Shown here: positions 48,182 through 64,000 of the stretch, piece after piece
Layout of the letters: each line of letters starts with the position of its first letter
Position numbering within the stretch: position 1 is the first letter of the stretch
NCBI GenBank assembly: GCA_002269645.1
Contig: NIVC01000942.1
Span: forward strand, 1 to 64,000
Reading direction: 5' to 3'
DNA length: 64,000 nt
From: Macrostomum lignano
Taxonomy: Eukaryota
The notes under the pieces: model-generated
What the model was told of the DNA's origin: nothing
The model's database searches: none
Seen by the model: the letters and a program-made list of their open reading frames with translations, nothing else
Made by a program: the position numbers and the translations under genes

Positions 48182-51100
48182 ATGTCCAAGAGAAACCCAA
48201 CATCGGAATTGAATCACGAAAACTGGGATCAGGAGGACGAGAAGGAAGATGTGAGTTGGCTAATTGGGACAGATCTGCTCAGCGGTGAACGCATTTGATT
48301 CTCGCGCCACCACCCTTGGTTTGATTCCATGCGCGACCGAATTCATTGGGGCTTGTGCGCGGAGATTGGCCGGGGTTGCCACCCATGAGGGCCTAACCCT
48401 CTCTCCACTCTCCCTCTCTGCCCCTATCCACTCTGCCTCTGCCTCTCTCCACTCTCCCTCTCTGCCCCTATCCACTCTGCCTCTGCCTCTCTCCACTCTC
48501 CCTCTCTGCCCCTAACCACTCCCTCTCCCTCTCTGCCCCTATCAACTCCCTCTGCCTCTCTCCACTCTCCCTCTCTGCCCCTATCCACTCCCTCTCCCTC
48601 TCTGCCCCTATCCACTCCCTCTGCCTCTCTCCACTCTCCCTCTCTGCCCCTATCCACTCCCTCTGCCTCTCTCCACTCTCCCTCTCTGCCCCTATCCACT
48701 CCCTCTGCCTTTCTGCCCCTATCCACTCCCTCTCCCTCTCTGCCCCTTTTCACTCCCTCTGCCTCTCTCCTTCTCTGCCCCTATCCACTCCCTCCCTGCC
48801 TCTCCACTCTCCCTCTCTCCCTCTGCCTCTCCCTCCCCGCCTCTCTCCACTCTCCCTCTCTGCCTCTCTCCAACCACCCTCCACTCTCCCTCAAGCTCCT
48901 GCGAATATGCGAATATGATAATTATCATTATTAATGAGATTTACAATTCTTGTGTCTATCTAAGAAAACATATTCCAACTGTTTCCAACTAATTCTCACT
49001 AACCTAGGCTGGCCGTTTCAAGACCGCGTCGCAGGATGTGCTGAAGGGTCGCGAAATTCGAGTTGCTAAGCGGCGAGCTCACGATAGTGAGGTGAGAGCT
49101 GTTTGACTCAATTATTTTGTCTGTTCTTTTCTACATTATTTATGGTAAGGAATTGTGAAGTTTGGGTATTGTAAAGGTTAAGAATTATGAAGGTTGGGGA
49201 TTGTGAAAGTTCGGGATTGTGAAGGTTGGGGATTGTGAAGGTTGGGAATTGTGAAAGTTCGGGATTGTGAAGATTGGGGATTGTGAAGATTGGGGATTGT
49301 GAAGATTGGGGAATGTGAAGCTTGGGGATTGTGAAGATTGGGGACTGTGAAGCTTGGGGATTGTGAAGATTGGGGACTGTGAAGCTTGGGGATTGTGAAG
49401 ATTGGGACTGTGAAGATCGGGACTGTGAAGATTGGGGATTGTGAAGATCGGGATTGTGAAGATTGGGACTGTGAAGATCGGGACTGTGAAGATTGGGGAT
49501 AGTGAAGATCAGGATTGTGAAGATTGGGACTGTGAAGATCGGGACTGTGAAGATTGGGGATTGTGAAGATCGGGATTGTGAAGATTGGGGACTGTGAAGC
49601 TTGGGGATTGTGAAGATTGGGACTGTGAAGATCGGGACTGTGAAGATTGGGGATTGTGAAGATCAGGATTGTGAAGATTAGGGACTGTGAAGCTTGGGGA
49701 TTGTGAAGATTGGGACTGTGAAGATCGGGACTGTGAAGATTGGGGATTGTGAAGATCGGGACTGTGAAGGCTGGGATTGTGAAGCTTGGGGACTGTGAAG
49801 ATTGGGGACTGTGAAGATTGGGGACTGTGAAGCTTGGGGACTGTGAAGATTGGGACTGTGAAGATTAGGATTGTAAAGATCGGGGCTGTGAAGGCTGGGA
49901 TTGGAATAGTTGGATATTAGTTTTAAGCCCATGAGAGCGAGAAACAGCTTGAAATTCAAATGCCCAGGGAATATGCAGTTAATATGGTGAGTCTGAACGG
50001 CCCATGTTGCGGACAAACCATGCTCACAGTTATACAGCAAAACTCTTCTCTGACCCGGCAGGGCAAAGGCACTGGCGGGCTCTTCAAGTCGTTCACTGGC
50101 TTCACCGGCTTCGGTGCCCAGGCCGCGTCGGCCACGACAGCCCCCTCTTTGGCTTTCAACTTCTCGGCCAACGCCACCGCCGCCACCACCACCGATTCGC
50201 TGGCGGCCTCGTCGACGACAACAACGGCGAAATCGGCAACGCCCGCCGCCGATCCGAATGCCGCCCACCTGGCCCAGCTGAAGGCGCTGAACCAGTCCGT
50301 GCTGCGCTGGATTCAGAGTCACGTGGCTGACAGCCCCTACTGCGTTCTCACGCCCGTGTTCCGCGACTACGAGCGCCACCTGGCCGACATCGAGCGCCGG
50401 CACCCGTACGTGGAGTCGTCGGCAACTGCAAATTCGTCGACTGGAACGGCGGCGGCTGCGGCGGCGACTCCGACGACGACTTCAACAACGCTGGCAGCGC
50501 CTTTGAAGGCGTCGACAAGTCCGGCAAAGTTCAACTTCTCCGCCGCGACTACGTCCACCGCGGCATCGGCACCGACGACTGCTGCCACCACGGCCACCAC
50601 GATGGCGCCTGCGATGCCTGCCACGTTTAGCTTCAACTCGCAGCAGCCGCAGAAGCCGGCGACTGACGGTGCGGCCACAACGGCAACATTCTTTTTTGGC
50701 GCGTCAGCCAAGTCAACGACGGCTTCGTCGACTTCAACAACGACAACGACGGCGACGTCGGCAACGTCAACGACTGGCTTGACGACAGCGTCGAGTGGGT
50801 TCACAGGATTCAAATTCAACTCAGGGCCGGGGGCGGCGCTGCCGCAACAGCCACCTGGTGGCCTGTCCCTGTTCGGGCCTGGCGGTTTCGCCGCCGCCTC
50901 CGCCGCGGCTGCCTCGAGCTCCCAGGAGGAGCAGGAAGACGAAGAATACGAGCCGCCGAAGCCGGAGACGCGGGAGATTCGCGAGGACGGCGCCGTGTTC
51001 AGCCAGAAGTGCAAGCTGTTCTATATGGCCGCCGGCGAGGCCAAACAGTGGAAGGAGAAGGGCGTCGGCTGCGTGCACGTCAAGCCGGCGGAGGCGGAGG

Positions 51101-51351
51101 GCGGCAGCCGGGCGCAGTTGATCGTGCGGGCGGACAACACCCTGGGCACCATCATGCTCAACACTCTGGTTACTAAGGACATGAAGCTGTCGGTTGCTAA
51201 GAACAATCTCAGTTTGGCTTGTCCGCCGAATCCGCCAATGCCGAAGTCGGCCAATGACGACCGGCGCATTGTGCCGTTCCTGGTCCGGCTGAAGACCGAG
51301 GCCGACGCCAAGGAGCTGCTGGCCAAGATTGACGGGCTGAGGGAGGCCTGA
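48182..51351 (+). CDS. NUP50: Nuclear pore basket protein Nup50
   Basis: Exons 48182-48250 (MSKRNPTSELNHENWDQEDEKED), 49008-49091 (AGRFKTASQDVLKGREIRVAKRR) and 50038 or 50062-51351. Contains FG-like motifs, the conserved LKALNQSVLRWI..TPVFRDYERHL block and a C-terminal RanBD1 (KLFY..WKEKGVG..LIVRADNTLG). Confidence 0.93.
48400..48880. repeat. CT-rich minisatellite (CCACTCTCCCTCTCTGCCCCTAT-like) in Nup50 intron 1
   Basis: Tandem degenerate units. Confidence 0.9.
49175..49900. repeat. 15-16-bp minisatellite GGGATTGTGAAGATT(G) in Nup50 intron 2
   Basis: About 45 tandem units. Confidence 0.95.
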
Positions 51352-52677
51352 GCCGGACTGCTCAAATATATGCACTATAGGATATACTAACCCGCTAAAA
51401 ACGTATGAGAAATAGGTTAGAATTGTAAAGAAGGGTATAAACTCGTTAAAAGCCTGTGTGCCGGCGATTTTTAAGTAATATTGTGATGCTTGATTCCTTA
51501 ACCCTGATGACGCAATCGATTTAGTCGTTTAGCTCTCCTGGGGTCTCTTGCCCCCCCCCACTGCTGCCTGGTTGAGTTAAGCTAAGGAGGTTTAAGGTTG
51601 TGGCAGGTCATTGATGCTATTAATAGAACCACAAATAATGTCAATAATCCTGCTATCTGAGAAAGTTGGTTCCACTTACGTTTCTGAAGTACACTATGTG
51701 TACTTTTACTGCAAATTCCCAGCAACTGTTCCATGTTAGTGGTCTCAACAATTCATCAAGTTTGGTTCGATTCTCTCTGCATGCAATCATAATCTACTAG
51801 CTGCTTAGCAACCCCTTAGCAACGGAAATTTTCTATTGTTATTCATGAGTATTAACTGTTGCTATGGGCTTGGCTTAATGATTCGAAACTTTATACATAG
51901 AACGTTATTCGCTAATTTCAAGCTGTTTATTATTATGATAGGAAATTCGATAGAAAATGATGAAAATCCAGCCAGTTCTTTGGTCCAGCATTTCCTTTGT
52001 TCGCAATATCCGGTTCGCTGTCTGTTTTGATAACATATTGCTTTTTTAATTCGAACATGTGTACCTGATACTCTCTTGCGTTTGTTTCCATTTAGTTATG
52101 AATTTGACAATTTGTGTTAGTCTTGTCATCCAATATTGACCCTTCAACACCATTTCTGTCTCGCATTCGTGTCAAACTTCGCTCTTATCTTCAATCATTA
52201 TAACTACAGCTGGACTGTATGTCGCTCGGAAATGGAAGTTAAAGTTAATCAAATAAAAGCTTTTTTTCTCGACAAAGAACTTCGTTGTTTGCTCAACTCT
52301 TCTGTCAACTCTTCCAAGCTCTTCTGTGACTACTGATTTGTCCTCTCTTGGCTACCTGTGGGAAAGTTATACGCATGCACGGGCCAAAGGAGGGCGGAGA
52401 CAGAGGGAATGAAGGAAAAGAGGGATGAAATAGGAGAGAGGAGGGAAGGCAAAGGAGTGGAGAGTAAAGAGAGAAAATAGAAGAGATTAGAGAGAAGAGC
52501 TGAGAAGAGACAAACATTGAGCAGGCCAGATTGCTATTGTGAAGTTTGAAAGGACCAGAGGATGAATCTTTTAGGCTGAAAGTGTTTTAGCTTCTGTCTC
52601 ATTGCCATAGGATATTTCTGCTGTTGAAATGAAAGTATAAATGAAATATCCATAAATTTCATTGGCTGCCTGCCAAG

Positions 52678-58506
<5,829 letters not shown>

Positions 58507-58524
58507 ACTGACCGCTTACCGCGA

Positions 58525-60885
58525 TCTCAAAGAATGAGCACCCAGATCTCAAGGATGAGCACCCAGATCTCAAGGATGAGTACCCAGATCTCAAGTATGA
58601 GCACCCAGATCTCAAGGATGAGCACCCAGATCTCAAGGATGAGTACCCAGATCTCAAGTATGAGCACCCAGATCTCAAGGATGAGTACCCAGATCTCAAG
58701 GATGAGCACCCAGATCTCAAAGGATGGGCACTCAGATCTCAAAGGATGGGCACTCAGATCTCAAAGGATGGGCACTCAGATCTCAAAGGATGAGCACCCA
58801 GATCTCAAGGATGAGCACCCAGATCTCAAGGATGAGTACCCAGATCTCAAGTATGAGCACCCAGATCTCAAGGATGAGTACCCAGATCTCAAGGATGAGT
58901 ACCCAGATCTCAAGAAATGAGCACCCAGATCTCAAAGGATGGGCACTCAGATCTCAAAGGATGATCACCCAGATCTCAAGAAATGAGCACCCAGATCTCA
59001 AAGGATGGGCACCCAGATCTCAAAGGATGAGTACCCAGATCTCAAAGGATGGGCACCCAGATCTCAAAGGAACGAGCACCCAGATCTCAAAGAATGAGCA
59101 CCAGATCTCAAGGAATGAGTACCCAGATCTCAAAGAATAAGCACCCAGATCTCAAAGGATGGGCACTCAGATCTCAAAGGATGAGCACCCAGATCTCAAG
59201 GATGAGCACCCAGATCTCAAGGATGAGTACCCAGATCTCAAGTATGAGCACCCAGATCTCAAGGATGAGTACCCAGATCTCAAGGATGAGTACCCAGATC
59301 TCAAGAAATGAGCACCCAGATCTCAAAGGATGGGCACTCAGATCTCAAAGGATGATCACCCAGATCTCAAGAAATGAGCACCCAGATCTCAAAGGATGGG
59401 CACCCAGATCTCAAAGGATGAGTACCCAGATCTCAAAGGATGGGCACCCAGATCTCAAAGGAACGAGCACCCAGATCTCAAAGAATGAGCACCAGATCTC
59501 AAGGAATGAGTACCCAGATCTCAAAGAATAAGCACCCAGATCTCAAAGGATGAGCACCCTGATCTCAAGGAATAAGCACCAGATCTCAAAGAATGAGCAC
59601 TCAGATCTCAAAGGATGAGCACCCAGATCTCAAAGGATGAGCACCCAGATCTCAAGGAATAAGCACCAGATCTCAAAGAATGAGTACCCAGATCTCAAAG
59701 AATAAGCACCCAGATCTCAAAGGATGAGCACCCTGATCTCAAGGAATAAGCACCAGATCTCAAAGAATAAGCACCAGATCTCAAAGAATGAGCACTCAGA
59801 TCTCAAAGGATGAGCACCCAGATCTCAAAGGATGAGCACCCAGATCTCAAGGAATAAGCACCAGATCTCAAAGAATGAGCACTCAGATCTCAAAGGATGA
59901 GCACCCAGATCTCAAAGGATGAGCACCCAGATCTCAAGGAATAAGCACCAGATCTCAAAGAATGAGCACCCAGATCTCAAGGAATAAGCACCAGATCTCA
60001 AAGAATGAGCACTCAGATCTCAAAGGATGAGCACCCAGATCTCAAAGGATGAGCACCCAGATCTCAAGGAATAAGCACCAGATCTCAAAGGATGAGCACC
60101 CAGATCTCAAGGAATAAGCACCAGATCTCAAAGGATGAGCACCCAGATCTCAAGGAATAAGCACCAGATCTCAAAGAATGAGCACTCAGATCTCAAAGGA
60201 TGAGCACCCAGATCTCAAAGGATGAGCACCCAGATCTCAAGGAATAAGCACCAGATCTCAAAGGATGAGCACCCAGATCTCAAGGAATAAGCACCAGATC
60301 TCAAAGGATGAGCACCCAGATCTCAAGGAATAAGCACCAGATCTCAAAGAATAAGCACCCAGATCTCAAGGAATAAGCACCAGATCTCAAAGAATAAGCA
60401 CCCAGATCTCAAAGAATGAGCACCCAGATCTCAAAGAATAAGCACCCAGATCTCAAAGAATGAGCACCCAGATCTCAAAGAATGAGCACCCAGATCTCAA
60501 AGAATAAGCACCCAGATCTCAAAGAATGAGCACTCAGATCTCAAAGGATGAGCACCCAGATCTCAAAGGATGAGCACCCAGATCTCAAGGAATAAGCACC
60601 AGATCTCAAAGAATGAGCACCCAGATCTCAAGGAATAAGCACCAGATCTCAAAGAATAAGCACCAGATCTCAAAGAATGAGCACTCAGATCTCAAAGGAT
60701 GAGCACCCAGATCTCAAAGGATGAGCACCCAGATCTCAAGGAATAAGCACCAGATCTCAAAGAATGAGCACCCAGATCTCAAAGAATGAGCACCCAGATC
60801 TCAAAGGATGATCACCCAGATCTCAAAGGATGAGTACCCAGATCTCAAGGAATGAGCACCCAGATCTCAAGGAACGAGCACCCGA
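58525..60885. repeat. 2.3-kb 21-22-bp minisatellite CCAGATCTCAA(A)GGATGAGCAC immediately after the DDX39-like stop codon
   Basis: About 105 units, each with AGATCT; internal 391-bp duplication. Confidence 0.97.
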
Positions 60886-61194
60886 CTTTCTTTGCTAAGC
60901 TTCTGCAACATCAGCCTCAATTCGCCTTATTGCATGCTTTCAATATTCACTGTAGTGACTCTCTGATGCATAAAAAATGGCTGTGATAATTCAATTTTTA
61001 CACACTTATCTTCTAGTTCTATCTTCTTTTTACAATTCATAGTTGTTGACTACTTGAGTAACTTTATATGCATATATATCTGATACATAAATAATCGATT
61101 TTATGATCTGAAATGTAGCTTTGTTTACTTTGCTTTTTGGTGTTTTTGGCTTCAATCAAAATAGCTAAATAAGTCAGCTAGAGACAAACTAGAT

Positions 61195-61690
61195 TGCAGC
61201 TAGGTGCTAAATAGTTGGCAGATAGATGCTAATTAGTTGGCAGATAGATGCTAAATTAGGTGGCAGATAGATGCTAATTAGGTGGCAGATGGATGCTAAT
61301 TAGGTCGCAGCTGGATGCTAATTAGGTGACAGCTGGATGCTAATTAGGTGACAGCTGGATGCTAGTTAGGTGGCAGATAGATGCTAATTAGGTCGCAGCT
61401 GGATGCTAATTAGGTGGCAGATAGATGCTAATTAGGTGGCAGATGGATGCTAATTAGGTCGCAGCTGGATGCTAATTAGGTGGCAGATAGATGCTAATTA
61501 GGTGGCAGATAGATGCTAATTAGGTGGCAGATAGATGCTAATTAGGTGGCAGCTGGATGCTAATTAGGTGGCAGATACATGTAGATGCTAATTAGGTGGC
61601 AGCTGGATGCTAATTAGGTGGTTGATAGATGCTAATTAGGTGGCAGATGCATTTAGATGCTAATTAGGTGGCAGCTAGATGCTAATTACC
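61195..61690. repeat. 22-bp minisatellite GATGCTAATTAGGTGGCAGATA
   Basis: About 22 units ending just upstream of the AMDHD2 acceptor. Confidence 0.95.
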
Positions 61691-61706
61691 ACCTGAAGTG
61701 TTCCAG

Positions 61707-62879
61707 GCAGCCGAGGCCGGGCAGATTACCTGCTTCCACAACTGCTTGTCGCTCCGCGGCGGCCGACTCACGCCGCAGGATGTCTGGGTGCGCGACGGCC
61801 GTGTTCTGGACTCTCTGAGCGTCTTTTATGGCGAACGGCGCAGCCCCTCCAAGTTTGTGGACTGCGGCGGGCACATCCTGGCTCCCGGCTTCATCGATGT
61901 GCAGGTGGGTGGCCTTCTGTGCTGCTGTGAAGTGAGGATGCTGATATATTTAGATATTAGTAAAAGATAGATAGATGCGGATATTAGTAGATAGATACAG
62001 ATATTAGTAGATAGATGCGGATATTAGTAGATAGATACAGATATTAGTAGATAGATGCGGATATTAGTAGATAGATACGGATATTAGTAGATAGATACGG
62101 AACGGATAGTAATAGATAGATGCGGATATTAGTAGATAGATGCGGATATTAGCAGATAGATGCGGATATTAGTAGATAGATGCGGATATTAGTAGATAGA
62201 TGCGGATATTAGCAGATAGATGCGGATATTAGCAGATAGATGCGGATATTAGTAGATGGATACAGATATTAATGGATAGATGCAGATATTGGTAGATACA
62301 TACGGATATTAGTAGATAGATGTGGATATTAGTAGATAGATGCCGATATTAGTAGACAGATACGGATAGTAATGGATAGATGCGGATATTAGTAGATAGA
62401 TGCGGATATTAGTAGATACATACGGATATTAGTAAATAGATACGGATACGCTTATAGATGGTTCTGTTCCAGAGGTCTGATTGCGCCTCCATTCTTGCTA
62501 GGTGAACGGCGGCCTTGGCCACGACTTCTCCGTCATCGCCAGCGACGCTGATTTCCGCCAATCCGTGGACGCCGTGGCTCGCGACCTCGTCAGGCGCGGC
62601 GTCACCGCCTTCTGCCCGACCCTCATCAGCTGCGATTCGTCCATCTACCGCCGGCTGCTTTCGCCGGTGCCGCCTCCCCAGCTGAAGACGCCCGGCTCGC
62701 CAGAGGTAGCCGCAGTGCTCGGCCTGCACCTGGAGGGGCCCTTCATCAGCGCCGACAAGTGCGGCATGCATCCCAAGCGGTGCACCAAGCAGGACTGCCG
62801 GGCCGGCTTGGCCGACCTATGCAGCGTCTACGGGACTGAGGACTTCAGGTATGCGGGCTTGCGGGCCTGTCTGCTTGCC

Positions 62880-62926
<47 letters not shown>

Positions 62927-62933
62927 GTCTGTG

Positions 62934-62970
<37 letters not shown>

Positions 62971-62973
62971 GCC

Positions 62974-63014
<41 letters not shown>

Positions 63015-63743
63015 GCCTGTCTGTCTGTCTGCCTGTCTGTCTGTCTGTCTGTCTCAAAGGCTCGAGCTCACTACCGCAGCCAGGTTGCCATCGTCACGCT
63101 GGCCCCCGAGCTGCCCGGCGCCTTAGACGCAGTCCGTGGCCTCCACAACCTTGGCGTCTGCGTTAGCCTTGGCCACTCGGTGGCCTCTCTGGAAGTTGGC
63201 GAAGCCGCGGTGGCCGCCGGGGCCAGGATGCTGACGCACCTGTTCAGCGCCATGGGCCCCTTCCACCACCGACAGCCGCACCTGCCCGGCCTGCTGGTCA
63301 GCGAGGCCGCCCGCCAGCCCGTGTACTACGGCCTCATCGCCGACTGCGACCACACCCACCCGGCCGCGCTACGCCTCGCCTGGCGATCCAGCTTCCCGGG
63401 CCTCATCCTGGTTAGCGACGCCTGCCCGGCGCGCGGCCTTCCCGACGGCCGGCACTCCTTCGGCGGCGTTGACGTCGACGTCGCTGGTGGCCTCTGTCGG
63501 CTGGCCGGCTTGGACACCTTGGCCGGCAGCATGGTGACACTGGCCGACTGCGTCCAGCGGATGCACCTATCCGGCGTCTGCCCGCCCGAGCGGACTCTCG
63601 AGGCGGCCTCGCTTCACCCGGCCGACATGCTGGGCCTGCGGGACCGCGGCCGCATCGAGCCGGGCGCTCTGGCCGACTTTGTGCTGCTTGACTCCGACCT
63701 GCGGCTGTTGCGCACCTTTGTGCGCGGCCTGTCCGTTGAGTAA
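61707..63743 (+). CDS. AMDHD2: N-acetylglucosamine-6-phosphate deacetylase (NagA/AMDHD2); start codon uncertain
   Basis: Exons 61707-61904, 62502-62848 and 63080-63743. Motifs LAPGFIDVQ|VNGG, GVTAFCPT, LHLEGPFI, VTLAPE, SLGHS, THLFSAM, IADCDHTHP, LVSDA, LAGS, ASLHPA, G.IEPGALADFV; the metal ligands and catalytic Asp appear retained. Confidence 0.95.
61945..62450. repeat. 20-bp minisatellite GATGCGGATATTAGTAGATA
   Basis: Tandem units in AMDHD2 intron 1. Confidence 0.95.
62870..63055. repeat. (TCTG)n microsatellite
   Basis: Fills most of AMDHD2 intron 2. Confidence 0.97.
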
Positions 63744-63769
63744 TGAGCAGACTAGGTTAACAGATGCGA

Positions 63770-64000
63770 CCTTGGCTGACCCGGTTGCCACCCTGGTTTC
63801 TAGTTTCATGATGACCTTAGCAGACCCTTTTTCAACTGGCTTGACCTTAGCTGACCCCTGTTTAACTGGCTTGACCTTAGCTGACCCATGTTTTAACTGG
63901 CTTGACCTTATCTGACCCCTGTTATAACTGGCTTGACCTTAGCTGACCCATGTTTTAACTGGCTTGACCTTATCTGACCCCTGTTAACTGGCTTGACCTT
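63770..64000. repeat. About 31-bp tandem repeat ACTGGCTTGACCTTAGCTGACCC(C/A)TGTTT(T)A, running off the window end
   Basis: At least six units downstream of the AMDHD2 stop. Confidence 0.9.

Noticed and set aside
51500-51540. Hammerhead ribozyme core (CTGATGA hits here and at about 6850, 37500 and 62630)
   Set aside because: No matching GAAA core with three closing stems.
60915-60940. Spliced-leader RNA gene (CTCAATTCGCCTTATTGCATG resembles a flatworm SL 3' end)
   Set aside because: Only a partial resemblance, with no GT donor after the ATG and no Sm site seen.

Overview
Eukaryotic (animal) genomic DNA with short spliceosomal introns, GC-rich exons, and introns and spacers packed with mini- and microsatellites. 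The style suggests a free-living flatworm such as Macrostomum; this is an inference and was not tested. I reconstructed seven genes by hand: a convergent pair of very divergent ionotropic glutamate receptor-like paralogs (+ 279-4610, - 6343-16715); ARID3/dead ringer (+ 29654-40661); an 86-aa two-exon secreted six-cysteine peptide that the ORF track misses (+ 41988-42328); and a co-oriented trio of Nup50 (48182-51351), a UAP56/DDX39-like helicase with degenerate catalytic motifs (52678-58506) and GlcNAc-6-phosphate deacetylase AMDHD2 (61707-63743). Mobile DNA includes a decayed Ty3/gypsy, a 5'-truncated RNase H-bearing LINE with TSD, two tRNA-derived SINE families (one nested in the other), a Harbinger-like MITE and a possible solo LTR. 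A 4.9-kb (GTCACT)n satellite explains the giant ORFs at 17.9-23.2 kb. Best leads: the mytilin/CS-alpha-beta-like peptide, the DDX39 pseudo-helicase, the iGluR pair with rewired ligand-binding and pore motifs, and possible operon/spliced-leader-supplied start codons in the 3' gene trio. There is no CRISPR, rRNA or intact tRNA.
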